From Gemmatimonadota bacterium (GTDB lineage Bacteria; Latescibacterota; UBA2968; UBA8231), in contig JAYOYH010000003.1 in assembly GCA_038153405.1 (NCBI GenBank), forward strand, positions 113,353 through 177,352: a DNA stretch of 64,000 bases, given 5' to 3'. Of the stretch, positions 28,055 to 39,800 are shown one piece after another. Within the stretch, counting starts at the first letter, position 1. Every line of letters begins with the position of its first letter. A program made the translations under genes and the position numbers. The notes below the pieces were generated by a model, which was not told the origin of the DNA, made no database searches, and was given only the letters and a program-made list of their open reading frames with translations.

Positions 28055-28383
28055 TGCGCGAAAGCCACTTGGCCGTCATCGAGCGCAACGTCGAATGGAG
28101 CGATTCCATTGTCACCGAACCCTATGAGGTGGCCTGGGCAAGCGAAGCCATCTTTTTCGTGCGGATTCTCGACGCCCAGTGCACGTTGCCCACCGAACTC
28201 AGAGTCCAACTATCGCCTGACGGCATGCATTGGTGCGACGAGGGCAGCCTGCTCCACATAGATTGGAAGAGCGAGATCTACTTCGTTCGCGTTTCCCATT
28301 TTGGCGGATGGCTACGCCTGACCGGCCAGATGACTCCGAACCAGCGCGCGCGCATCATCGCCTATTTACAGCTCAAGGAATAA
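28051..28383 (+). CDS. Conserved hypothetical protein (DUF6385-like)
   Basis: Overlaps the previous stop; TEPYEVAWASEAIFFVR, VQLSPDGMHWCDEG, HFGGWLRL. DUF assignment is from memory only. Confidence 0.6.
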   Translation: MMRESHLAVIERNVEWSDSIVTEPYEVAWASEAIFFVRILDAQCTLPTELRVQLSPDGMHWCDEGSLLHIDWKSEIYFVRVSHFGGWLRLTGQMTPNQRARIIAYLQLKE

Positions 28384-28435
28384 CCTCGCACACAGCCGCA
28401 CACAGCGGCCGATGCGTTCACCGATTGTGAGAATT

Positions 28436-28690
28436 ATGGCACTCGAAGTAATCGAAATAACGCCCAAGCATAAAGAGCTGCTCACCCGCCTGAGCGAACT
28501 CATACCCGATCTCGACCCCAATGGATCGACGAGCATGCAGCGCATCTTCGGCCTGGGCCTCATTGCGTTGACTATGCAGGTGACCAACCGCGCCCGCCAA
28601 CAGCGCCAAGACGCGCTCGTTGAAGAGTTGGGCGCCCTCGCGCGCGAAATGGTCGAAGCCGAAGGCTGGGACCCCGCGCAGGAAGAATAG
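28436..28690 (+). CDS. Small hypothetical helical protein
   Basis: Fills the gap between co-oriented genes; ATG 28436 after GAGAA; normal codon usage. Confidence 0.55.
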   Translation: MALEVIEITPKHKELLTRLSELIPDLDPNGSTSMQRIFGLGLIALTMQVTNRARQQRQDALVEELGALAREMVEAEGWDPAQEE

Positions 28691-28697
28691 GAATACC

Positions 28698-29480
28698 ATG
28701 GAGATTCCCACAGATTCGACTACCCTATTTCGACTAGATGACCAGGTGGCCTTTGTCACCGGGGGCAGCAAGGGCCTTGGCGAAGCCATGGCGACAGCGC
28801 TTTCGGGGGCCGGTGCCCGCGTTGCCATTAGCAGTCGCCATCTCGAAGAGGCACGGGACGTAGCGCAGCGCATAAGCAGCAAAACCGGCGGCCAGGTCCT
28901 ATCCGTGCGCGCAGACGTCAGCCAGCGCCAGCAGGTCGAAGACTCCGTGCAGCAAGTATCCGACGCACTGGGTCCCATCGACGTTTTGGTCAACAACGCC
29001 GGCATTAATATCCGCTCGCCGATCGTCGATTTGCGCGACGAAGACTGGGAAGCGGTCATCGCCACCAACCTGAGCGGCCCTATGTATTACTGCCGCGCCG
29101 TCGGGCGCCACATGCTCGAACGTCGCTACGGCCGCATTATCAATCTCGGCTCGACGCTCTCGCATATCTCGATCGTCGATCGCACGCCCTATGCCTCCAG
29201 TAAGGGAGGCCTAGTCCAACTCACGCGCACGCTGGCCCTGGAATGGGCCGAATCTGGGATTACGGTCAATGCCATCTGCCCCGGGCCTTTTGCCACGCCG
29301 ATCAACCAAGTGCTCCTAGAGGACCCGCGCAAAGCCGAGGAAATGCAGTCAAAGGTGCCGATGCGGCGCTGGGGCGATCCGGCCGAACTGGCTACGACGG
29401 TGCTCTATTTTGCCTCGCGCGCCTCGAGCTTTACGACGGGGGCCGTGCTCTTAGTAGACGGCGGCTATACCAGCCAATAA
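28698..29480 (+). CDS. SDR oxidoreductase (gluconate-5-dehydrogenase/KduD-like)
   Basis: TGGSKGLG, NNAG, YASSK, VNAICPG, VDGG. Start trimmed to ATG 28698. Confidence 0.9.
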   Translation: MEIPTDSTTLFRLDDQVAFVTGGSKGLGEAMATALSGAGARVAISSRHLEEARDVAQRISSKTGGQVLSVRADVSQRQQVEDSVQQVSDALGPIDVLVNNAGINIRSPIVDLRDEDWEAVIATNLSGPMYYCRAVGRHMLERRYGRIINLGSTLSHISIVDRTPYASSKGGLVQLTRTLALEWAESGITVNAICPGPFATPINQVLLEDPRKAEEMQSKVPMRRWGDPAELATTVLYFASRASSFTTGAVLLVDGGYTSQ

Positions 29481-29510
29481 AAAAGCGGACCGCACTTACG
29501 CGCCGTCCGC
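29479..29510 (-). terminator. Intrinsic terminator between convergent genes
   Basis: Minus strand GCGGAC-G-GCGC-GTAA-GTGC-G-GTCCGC followed by TTTTTT. Confidence 0.7.
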
Positions 29511-29581
29511 ACTATACAACCACCAACTGTCCACCAGGTAGACCGCGTTGATACAGCGGCACCAGCAGCCTGCCGTCGATA

Positions 29582-31387
29582 CTACCCCGTGGAAACTTCC
29601 CAAACTCCCTGTTTGTTTTTCTCGACGTAGCGCTTCTTGCCCCCGCGCATCATCGGCACGAGGCGGTTGAGTTCCTTGTCCTGCTTGGCCAGCACGAACT
29701 GACCCTCTTTTTCTGGGTCGGGCATGATCTTGTAGGGCACCATGCGATCGCCAGCACCCGTGTGAATAATCACTCGGCCAAACTGCACTCCCATTTCGCG
29801 CTCCTCGGCGGTCAGGCGCGAATCGACCGTGCCCGCTTCGGCCTTTTCTACGGCCGCCTTGGCTTTGCGCGCAGCCTCCCGTTCGGCAGTGACCTTCTTT
29901 TCCGAAGCGGCGATAATTTCTTCGCTGCGCTCTTGGATTTCCGCCGTTTCCTCGGCCGTGATATCCGGATAGAGTTTCTCGAGGCGCGAGCGCAGAAACG
30001 TTTGCGCCTTTTCTCTCGCCTCGTCCACGTCCTCCGTCGAGCGAAAGAATTCGTCGACAATGAGATTGATCCGCAGCATGCGCATCTGCTTGCGGAACGG
30101 CGTCGCCTTGAAAACCGACGTTACCAGACCGATCAGGCTGAGCATAGCCGCCGCCAGTCGCACCCGCTCCTCGCGCTCGGGCGCATTGAGCCGAGCCATG
30201 ACCTGTGCCTTGCTAAACTCGCGCAGTTCGGCGATAAAATTCTCCTCCACCAGCAGCTTCTCCACCCGGTCCTGGCCGCGTCGCACGATGTAGCTATAGG
30301 GCGGCAAGCGCACCGCGATCATGCGCACTTCGGCATCGCGCCGATCCATCATTTCAATAATTCGGTGCATGGTGTCGTATTCGCCAATCAATTCGTCTAG
30401 CATTTCGCGCCAGACAATTTGGCCGCCATCCGGCGCGTTGACCAATTCCTTGTGGCGAATGAGAAAGCCCAGAGCCAAATCGTAGCGCGGGTCAATGCGC
30501 TTCAGCGCTTCGAACACCTGCGCGTAAATCGCCACATAGTCCACTTCTTCGCGGATCTTTTTTTCGAGGCGATCGCGCGCCTGGCCGCTCAAGATGCTGT
30601 TGCGTATTTTGCCGGCTTTTTCGCGCTCGATCTTGCCGCTGCGCACGCCGATATCGACCTGGTGCAGTTTGCGCAGGCGCTCGGCATCTTCGGCGCTGAT
30701 ATGCCCCTGCTCAATATGCGCATCCAGGTTCTTTACCAGTATTTGCATTTGCTGCGCACGCTGCGCGGCCAACCCCTTGCTCTGTTCGTCTTCGCGCTGA
30801 TTTATCTCCTGCTCGTCGGGCTCGGCAGCCGGCCCTTCCAGCAGGCGATCCAAGCCAACTTCCTCCTTGGCCACCACCGACTTTTTTTGCGCGCTGATTT
30901 GAGCGAGTCGAGCAGCCGCGCGTTTTTTCTGCGGATCTTCCTTGCCCATTAAGGTGTTGGAGACCGCGCGCAGACAGTTTTTCTGATTTATCTCCTGAGG
31001 CGTCAAACCGACGTTGGCCAGCACCGCGCGGACCTGATCCTGGCGGAGCAAATCGCGCAGTTCGCCCGAAGCGTGTTCCTGCACCTGACTTATATTCCAG
31101 CCCCGCTTGCGTATCATGCTCAACAGCGAGCGAATAACCCAATTCTCCACGCCGGGAACGGCAAAAGCCTGGGGGTTTTCCGCCAGCATCACTCGGGCCA
31201 CCCGCTCCAAGTCGTCTATCGCTTCTTGCGTCGGCCCACTCCCCATCAGCGACTGATAGCCCTCAACCATTGCCTTGTGAAAATGAGCGAGGGAAATAAG
31301 CGGCTCCCCGGCCGTTAGACGGTCTGCAACAAACAGCGCGAGTTGGCTGCGCAACTCGGGGGTAAGCGAATCTGTATTCCGCTCCAT
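29582..31387 (-). CDS. Hypothetical cytoplasmic protein, charged and helical, 601 aa
   Basis: Long ORF rich in E/K/R with coiled-coil-like stretches; own terminator; no motif recognised. Confidence 0.75.
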   Translation of the reverse strand: MERNTDSLTPELRSQLALFVADRLTAGEPLISLAHFHKAMVEGYQSLMGSGPTQEAIDDLERVARVMLAENPQAFAVPGVENWVIRSLLSMIRKRGWNISQVQEHASGELRDLLRQDQVRAVLANVGLTPQEINQKNCLRAVSNTLMGKEDPQKKRAAARLAQISAQKKSVVAKEEVGLDRLLEGPAAEPDEQEINQREDEQSKGLAAQRAQQMQILVKNLDAHIEQGHISAEDAERLRKLHQVDIGVRSGKIEREKAGKIRNSILSGQARDRLEKKIREEVDYVAIYAQVFEALKRIDPRYDLALGFLIRHKELVNAPDGGQIVWREMLDELIGEYDTMHRIIEMMDRRDAEVRMIAVRLPPYSYIVRRGQDRVEKLLVEENFIAELREFSKAQVMARLNAPEREERVRLAAAMLSLIGLVTSVFKATPFRKQMRMLRINLIVDEFFRSTEDVDEAREKAQTFLRSRLEKLYPDITAEETAEIQERSEEIIAASEKKVTAEREAARKAKAAVEKAEAGTVDSRLTAEEREMGVQFGRVIIHTGAGDRMVPYKIMPDPEKEGQFVLAKQDKELNRLVPMMRGGKKRYVEKNKQGVWEVSTG

Positions 31388-31848
31388 AGCTAAGGCTGAA
31401 CCATTGTTATCGCTCCAATAACTTTCGCGAATTCGATTGCATGTACCTCATAGAATTGCACACGTTGCGCATGCAACAAAGCGCCCAAGAACGCCCCCCG
31501 AATTGACCCCAATGGCCCATTTATTGTCCATATTTAAGATATGCAATACGCAGGCGAGCGCAAAGACGAATAAATGCGAATACGCTCCCTCGCCCCTCTC
31601 GTTCGCTGTGCATCTCACATTGCAATAGGTTCCTATCCGGCTTTTTTCTCATTATGAGAGTTTTTGCTTTTTATTTTCAAAAAGAGAAAATATATAATTC
31701 ATTTAAAAACATTGTTTTATATTATTTTACCATGTCTCCTTGGATTGAATTTCTCATTTTTAGAATAAATACCCCCTGTGTCCGCTTCGAAAAATGCCCC
31801 ATTAAAATTATAACGTTTTTATTAACAGGTATTTAGCCACCTACCTTA

Positions 31849-31875
31849 CCCTATGGCACGAACCTTGCCATAGGG
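31849..31875 (+). promoter_or_regulatory. Sigma54 (-24/-12) promoter of groES-groEL inside a perfect 10-bp inverted repeat
   Basis: TGGCACG-AACC-TTGC at 31854-31868 matches TGGCACG-N4-TTGC; arms CCCTATGGCA-N7-TGCCATAGGG; about 50 bp before the groES start. Confidence 0.75.
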
Positions 31876-31919
31876 ACACTTATACCTTTTCACTCAACCT
31901 TCTTTGGAGGTAGTTAAAA

Positions 31920-32216
31920 ATGGCTAAAATCAAAATCCGCCCTCTAGCCGACCGCGTCCTCGTCAAGCGCTTGGACGATGCCGAAGAGCAGAAAGTCGGT
32001 GGCATCATCATTCCCGACACGGCTAAGGAAAAGCCGCAGGAAGCCGAAGTCGTCGCCATTGGCCCGGGTCGTCTCGAAGACGGCAATCGCGTCGCGCCCG
32101 AAGTGAAAGAAGGCGACAAAGTTCTCATTGGCAAGTATTCGGGCACCGAGGTCAAGGTAGACGGCGAAGACTACTTGATCATGCGCGAAGACGACATTCT
32201 CGCCGTCGTTGGCTAA
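31920..32216 (+). CDS. groES: Co-chaperonin GroES
   Basis: [47 protein letters not shown]. Confidence 0.98.
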   Translation: MAKIKIRPLADRVLVKRLDDAEEQKVGGIIIPDTAKEKPQEAEVVAIGPGRLEDGNRVAPEVKEGDKVLIGKYSGTEVKVDGEDYLIMREDDILAVVG

Positions 32217-32247
32217 TCGCTTAAAACAGATCAAGGAGATCCTATAA

Positions 32248-33870
<1,623 letters not shown>

Positions 33871-33894
33871 GTCTTCACTTCAGCAGGCCCTACG

Positions 33895-33934
33895 ACGAGG
33901 GCGGTCGGGTAGACCCCGGCCGCCCTCGTTTTTT
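33895..33934 (+). terminator. Intrinsic terminator of groESL
   Basis: ACGAGGGCGGTCGGG-TAGAC-CCCGGCCGCCCTCGT followed by a T-run. Confidence 0.85.
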
Positions 33935-33947
33935 ATGCTGGTGCAGC

Positions 33948-34241
33948 CTAGATAATTTCCAGCAGCTGCACGCCGTAGCTATCGCCGACCACGACCAGCT
34001 TGCCGCGGGCAAAGAGCTTGCCGTTGACCAGCACGTTGACCGGGTCGGGCGCCGACTTGTCGGTGTGCAGCATGGATTGCTCGGCGAGTTCGGCCGCTTG
34101 CTCCACCGTTATTTCTGCACGCCCCCACTCGACCGTAATCCGCACTTCGACATCCCCCAGCCCGGAGAGCGATTTCAGAGCGGCTGAATCAGCCGCTGCA
34201 TCGCTCTTTACAATCGGTAAATCACCCCGTCTTTTATCCAT
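33948..34241 (-). CDS. FliN/FliM C-terminal (SpoA) domain protein
   Basis: DVEVRITVEWGRAEIT, DPVNVLVNGKLFARGKLVVVGDSYGVQL. Start trimmed to ATG 34241. Confidence 0.85.
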   Translation of the reverse strand: MDKRRGDLPIVKSDAAADSAALKSLSGLGDVEVRITVEWGRAEITVEQAAELAEQSMLHTDKSAPDPVNVLVNGKLFARGKLVVVGDSYGVQLLEII

Positions 34242-34314
34242 ATAACCACCCTTGTCGGCGTATGTAGCAAAGCCTATTTTGTCCACAGTTCAAAACTAAT
34301 TGCAGGAGAAAAGC

Positions 34315-35424
34315 ATGGCAACGCTATACGAAAGACTCGGACTGCGCACCTTTATCAACGCCCGCGGCACCATTACGACGCTCGGGGGATCCATTATGCC
34401 TCCCGCCGTCGTCGAAGCCATGGCCGAAGCGTCTCGCCACTTTGTCCACCTCAACGAACTGCACGAGAAGGCCGGTGCGCGCATTGCCGAACTCACCGGT
34501 GCCGAAGGTGCTTTTATATGCGCGGGCGCCGCCAGTGGCCTACTCTTGGCCGGCGCCGCCTGTCTAGCTGGAGAGGACGTCGAGGCGATCCAAAAGCTAC
34601 CTGACACGGGCGACCGTCCCAACGAGTTTGTCATTAGCCTCGTCGATAGTCACTACTATGTTCACCAGGGCTTTGTCGTGTGCGGTGGGCAGCTGGTCAA
34701 GGTCGGCACGCGCCAGGCCGTCACGCCTCAGGACTACGCCAACGCCCTGGGCAAGCGCACGGCTGCCGTAGTATTTTTCCTAGGCAGCCAGCCCCTCGAA
34801 CAGCTGCCTGAAATCATCGCCCTTGCCCACGCGCAACAGGTGCCGGTCATCGTCGATGCCGCCGCCCAACTACCGCCCCGTTCCAACCTGACCGACTTGG
34901 CGGCGATGGGCGCCGACCTCGTCGTCTTTAGCGGCGGTAAGGGCCTCTTTGGACCGCAGTCGTCGGGCCTGATCTTGGGCCGAGCTGACCTGGTGCGCGC
35001 CTGCCATCTCAACAGCAATCCCCACTCGGCCGTCGGCCGCGGTATGAAGGTGGGTAAAGAGGAAATCGCCGGACTATTAACGGCGGTCGAGCTCTTTTTT
35101 GAAATGGACGAAGCGGCCGTCGTGCAGGAGTGGGATCGGCGCTGCCGGCGCATAGCCGAAGCGCTAGCAGGCGTTGGCGGCCTATCGTCGAGCTTCACGC
35201 CGGCCTACCAGAACACGTTTCCACCCGCATCGCCCCTCCTACATCTGCACTTTGACAAAACGGCGGCAAAAACGGCCGCGCAGGTGCGCATCGAGTTGGA
35301 GGAAGGAACGCCCTCGATCTTAGCCAGCGGCGGCGATGATAGCATCACCATTGGACCGCAGACGCTGCAAGAAGGCGAAGCCGAAATCATCGCCGAGCGC
35401 CTGCGCTATATACTCGCGGCTTGA
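34315..35424 (+). CDS. SelA-like PLP-dependent enzyme (DgaE / glucosaminate ammonia-lyase family)
   Basis: INARGTITTLGGS, VDAAAQ, FSGGKGLFGPQSSG, GRGMKVGKEEI; about 370 aa; RBS AGGAG. Confidence 0.85.
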   Translation: MATLYERLGLRTFINARGTITTLGGSIMPPAVVEAMAEASRHFVHLNELHEKAGARIAELTGAEGAFICAGAASGLLLAGAACLAGEDVEAIQKLPDTGDRPNEFVISLVDSHYYVHQGFVVCGGQLVKVGTRQAVTPQDYANALGKRTAAVVFFLGSQPLEQLPEIIALAHAQQVPVIVDAAAQLPPRSNLTDLAAMGADLVVFSGGKGLFGPQSSGLILGRADLVRACHLNSNPHSAVGRGMKVGKEEIAGLLTAVELFFEMDEAAVVQEWDRRCRRIAEALAGVGGLSSSFTPAYQNTFPPASPLLHLHFDKTAAKTAAQVRIELEEGTPSILASGGDDSITIGPQTLQEGEAEIIAERLRYILAA

Positions 35425-35469
35425 CGCAATAGGCTGCGCCGATACATTCCCCCTCAAAAGGAGGGCGTT

Positions 35470-35775
35470 ATGATCGAGGACAAAACAAAGCTAACGGCTG
35501 AAGAAGTCGATGCCGAACTCGCATCTCTGGTGGGCTGGCAGCGCGAAGGCACGGTGATATCGCGCGCCTTTACCATGACCAACTTCAAAGACATCACGGC
35601 TTTTCTAAACCATCTGGTGCGCACGATCACCGAGCAGAACCACCATCCCGACTTTTCGCTCGACACTGGCACGCGCACCGTTGCCGTTCACGTTACCACC
35701 CACAGCGAGGGCGCCGTCACGCGCGCCGACCTACTCTTCGCGCGCACGCTCAACGAGTGGCAGCCGGCCTCTTGA
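35470..35775 (+). CDS. Pterin-4-alpha-carbinolamine dehydratase family protein
   Basis: EQNHHPD, TTHSEGAVTRAD; RBS AGGAGG; possible promoter TTGACG-N16-TACATT at 35421-35448. Confidence 0.9.
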   Translation: MIEDKTKLTAEEVDAELASLVGWQREGTVISRAFTMTNFKDITAFLNHLVRTITEQNHHPDFSLDTGTRTVAVHVTTHSEGAVTRADLLFARTLNEWQPAS

Positions 35776-35818
35776 AACCAGCGCCGACCGCATGAGCAGC
35801 GGCACCGAGAGCGAACGG

Positions 35819-36829
35819 TCAAATGGCGACGCGCCGCTGCCCCTTGGCCGACTGGATTTCCTTCAGGCACAGAGCGAGCGAATTGCGCGCGCTCTGACCG
35901 CCTAGCGTAGTAGACGGCTTGCCGGCCTTTACGGAATCGACCATCTCCTGCAGCTCACCGACAAAGCCGTCCTTGCGCGATAGGCGCGGTTGGCGCACCT
36001 TGCCGTCGGCCGTCAGCAGCTGGGGCGGCTTGCCCCACGAGGAATTAAACTTGAGCGCGGCCTTTTCAAAATAAATATCGTAGCCGTGCTCAAACGGACA
36101 GCCCTGCTGCGATAGCCATCCCCCCTCGGCGCTGATCGCCATATTGCCCGAGTATCCATAGTGAGTGTGGATGTACTCAACGGTTTCTCCCTTGCCGATA
36201 TAGGCCTGCGATACGACGGACTTCGGCATGCCGAACAGGTACTGGACAAAATCCGCATCGTGAATGTGCAGGTCGATGGCCGGCCCCCCAGTGCGTTTTA
36301 AATCGTTGGCATTCCACCAGGCAGGCCGAGCAATAGCGCGCTTAAAGTGAGCGGCGTGGACCTTGCCGTACTCACCGCTTTCGACAATGTCCTTGGCCAA
36401 GCGAAATTCGGGGAAGTAGCGCAGCACGTGCGCCACCATAAACTGCCGCCGCTGCTTTTTGGCTGTGGCGATCAACCGATCGGCATCGGGCAGCGACAGC
36501 GCGATGGGTTTTTCTAAAAAAACGTGCTTGCCCGCCTGCAGGGAGCGCAGCGCCGTATCTACGTGCAGCGACGTGGGCAGGCAGATATCGACGACGTCAA
36601 TCTGCGGATCGCCCAGCAGTTCATCTAACGTCCCGTAGGTCTTTACCCGGCTCAGATCCTGAACGCCGCCGCGCCCGCCAAAGTTGCCCTGAATGGCGCT
36701 CCAATTACCGCGCCGTTTTTTTTCGTCGCGCGTGACAATGGCCGATACGCGCCCGCCGCGCACCTGCTGCAACGCCTTAAAATGCGTTACGCCCATAAAT
36801 CCAATGCCGACAATACCCACGTTGACCAT
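35819..36829 (-). CDS. Gfo/Idh/MocA family oxidoreductase
   Basis: GIVGIGFMG, GKHVFLEKPIA, DLHIHD; ATG 36829 after AAGGAGG. Confidence 0.92.
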   Translation of the reverse strand: MVNVGIVGIGFMGVTHFKALQQVRGGRVSAIVTRDEKKRRGNWSAIQGNFGGRGGVQDLSRVKTYGTLDELLGDPQIDVVDICLPTSLHVDTALRSLQAGKHVFLEKPIALSLPDADRLIATAKKQRRQFMVAHVLRYFPEFRLAKDIVESGEYGKVHAAHFKRAIARPAWWNANDLKRTGGPAIDLHIHDADFVQYLFGMPKSVVSQAYIGKGETVEYIHTHYGYSGNMAISAEGGWLSQQGCPFEHGYDIYFEKAALKFNSSWGKPPQLLTADGKVRQPRLSRKDGFVGELQEMVDSVKAGKPSTTLGGQSARNSLALCLKEIQSAKGQRRVAI

Positions 36830-36854
36830 AGTGTCCTCCTTGGTGTATAGACCT

Positions 36855-36883
36855 ACAATAGACGGCGGCCAAACGGACGTCAA
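36855..36883 (-). promoter_or_regulatory. Putative sigma70 promoter of the Gfo/Idh/MocA gene
   Basis: TTGACG-N17-TATTGT, 25 bp upstream of the start. Confidence 0.55.
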
Positions 36884-36889
36884 GCGATC

Positions 36890-39800
36890 TCAGCGCACCA
36901 GCGCTAGTGAACCGACTTTGCTCTGTCCCCCGGCTATTATGCGATAGTAGTACACGCCCGAAGCCAGCGGAGTGCCCGCTTCGTTGGCCCCGTCCCACAG
37001 CAGACCGCCGTCGCCGTCGCGCTCCTCCAACCGGCGCAGCACTTGGCCTTGCGCATCGTAGATGGCGACGGTAGACTGCGGCGGCAGAAAGCCAAATACC
37101 AGCGAGCCGCGACGGGCGATATACGGATTGGGAAAAGGGCCCGCGCGACGCAGGTCGGCAGCGGCAAACAGAAAGCGCGATTCGCCGTGCACCGACAAAC
37201 CATCTTCGTCCAATAGCCCGTCGACGACCGCCCGGTAGGCGCGCCCGAGCGGTTGCAGGGCATCTTCTTCAGCCAGGGTTAATATTACCCGAGTACCGTC
37301 GACGCGAACGGCCTCTATAACAATTCCATCGCCCAGCGAGAACGGGCTGACATCCTCGGTCGGCCGTATCGCTTTATCAAAGTCCAGCACGACGCGGTGT
37401 GCATCCAGCGCCTCGGCCCCTAGCAGGCGGGCGCTGCGCGCCTGGGCAACGAGGACAAAGTGGGTAGATGTTTCTGCGAGCAGACCCCCGCCCTCGGCGC
37501 GCAGGCCGTTGGCAATCAATTCGAACGCGCCGGAGTCGGGCAGAACCGATGCAAAGGCCAACACCGCGCGCATTCCCCCCCGGTCAAATACAGCCGATGA
37601 AGGGATGCCTATATGGGGTTCAACCCGAAACCGAAAAGGCTCGTCATCGGCACGCCGCATCGCCTGGCTAAAGGCGACGGCAAGATGCCGCGGCGACAGG
37701 CGCGCTATCCGCTCAATGCGCGGCTGCGGCTGCGGCACGACGAGAAGCTCGGCGGAAGGCAACCCTAAGGCACCATCGGCTGCAACGGCCCGCACAAGGT
37801 AGCGCAGCGGCGTCTGACCATCGCCCTCTAACACGTCCACATAAGCGGTCTGTCCGCTCTCGCCTACTGCAACCCCGTCGCGATACACTCGGTAGCCGAC
37901 CGCGCCCTCTACGGCCTGCCATTCGATCTGCACGCGGTCGCTGGCCAGGGGGAACGCATCGACATTGGCCGGAGGAAAGAGCTCATCGCCCTTCCCTCCA
38001 TACTGAGCAACGACGACTCCATCTTCGCCATTGAATCCCAGTTCGGAACGTCCATCGCCGTCGAGATCTCCGAAAAAGGGCCGCTGAGTAGCCACTGCTC
38101 GCCCGCGCCATACCGGCTCGTAGGTATCGGTAGCCGGACTGAAAAAGACGTAGACGTCGGGCACCGCCACCAGCGCCCATTCAATTTGCCCGTCGCCGTT
38201 GAGATCGCCGCAGTGAATGCCGCTGCCGGCAAATGACGTTCCCAGAATGCGCCCCTGCCATTCGAGGGCGTATTGATCGTTGCCCACAGCACCGTATACC
38301 TCGACCTGCCAACCGCGTGCATCGACATTAAACGGGTCGTCGTAAAATCGCCCGACCACGAATTCCATTTGGCCATCGGCATCCAAGTCGACCCCACCGC
38401 CCACCGTGCGCGCGTCGCCGTCGCCGTCGTGTTCCCAGGTCGTGCGATACGTGCCGTTGGCCACGGCCTCAAATACAAATAGATCGCCGTCGCCATCGCC
38501 GCCAATCAGTTCACCGCGCCCGTCGCCGTCCAAGTCGCCAACCACTTGTCGCTGGCCGAGTTCATTGGATCCGTCGCTGGTGCGATTGAGCACTGCCACT
38601 TCGACGTAATCGTTATCGCTCTGCGCTTCAAAGACCTGAACGTAGGAACCCTTTGCCGAGCGCAGCAAGAACTCGTCGCGCCCATCGCCGTCCAAATCGG
38701 CGACCTCTCCCCCCCATACGCCGCGCTGTTCCCAGGCCAACTGACGCGGGAAAGCACCTGGCGATGGGGCCTCAAATAGCCGCACGCGCTGCGCGTCGAC
38801 GCCCAGCACTTCCAGCAGGCCGTCGCCGTCGCCATCGCCTGCGTGCCAGGGAATATACAGCTGCAGCGAAGTAAAGATGCGCGATAGCGCCGAGCCATCT
38901 ATCTGATAGTAGTCAACCGCATTATACTGCAAGCCGCCGCCGTAGCCCATCTGCACCAGTTCCATTTGCCCGTCGCCGTTGGCATCCACCGCGCTCGGCA
39001 GGACATAGCCTGCAGGCAACTCAAACCCGGGGCGCAGCGGCCAGCGTACTATGCTCTCGTTGCGCAGCTCAACGCCCTCAAGGCGCTCCCAAACTCCCCG
39101 TTGGCCGGCGGCCGATTCGGCGCGCGCGGAAATGGTATACACCCCCGTTGGCAGATCGGTCGGTAGGACTACGCGCTGACTGAGCGCGCTGGCTACCTGT
39201 GCCTCGTACACCACTTGTCCAGCGCGTTCAACAATCAGCCGCCCCGCGCTCTCCCCGGCCGTTTCCCACTCGACGATCTGACGCCAGGCCCCAGCCAGCA
39301 GCGCAGGCGCAGTGCGCAAGCGCAAGATCGGCTCGGCAGACTGCGTCACCCAAACCCGCACGCGGTCCTCCACCCACCGCTGGCCCCAACGAGCGCGCAG
39401 CCGCAGCTGGTACGGTCCTGGCGATAGGCCCTCGGTGAACCAACTCAACCCACCGCGTTCTTCCGCACCCATTGCGCCCGCGGCAATTGCATACCACGCC
39501 GGTGGCTCGCTGCCTGCTCCCCATTCCACCCGCCATTCGTCGACGTCTTCAACGCCCAGTTCGATAGGCACTTCGCCATTGCCAACACCGCCATCTTGGA
39601 CGGGTTCGACAATGCGCGCCAGCGGTACGCGGTCCTCTTCGAGTGCAGCAAAGTGCGCCAAACCGGCCCCCGAGTAGCCATCCCACCCCGGCGCCAGCAC
39701 GTCGACAGCCGACGCCCGCAGCGCGGCGCGAACCTGCTCGTCGAGCCATTGCGGCTGCCGTCCCAGCAGCAGCGCAGCCAAGCCGGCCACGTGCGGGGCG

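Noticed and set aside
31654..31836. 60-aa ORF in the AT-rich tract
   Set aside because: F/I/K-rich composition follows from the AT bias; no RBS; codon usage unlike the real genes.
31388..31919. CIRCE element upstream of groES
   Set aside because: No TTAGCACTC-N9-GAGTGCTAA match; the inverted repeat present has a different sequence and spacing.
34315..35424. True selenocysteine synthase selA
   Set aside because: Short (about 370 aa), has the GRGMKVGKE motif of the SelA-like/DgaE group, and no selB/selC/selD nearby.
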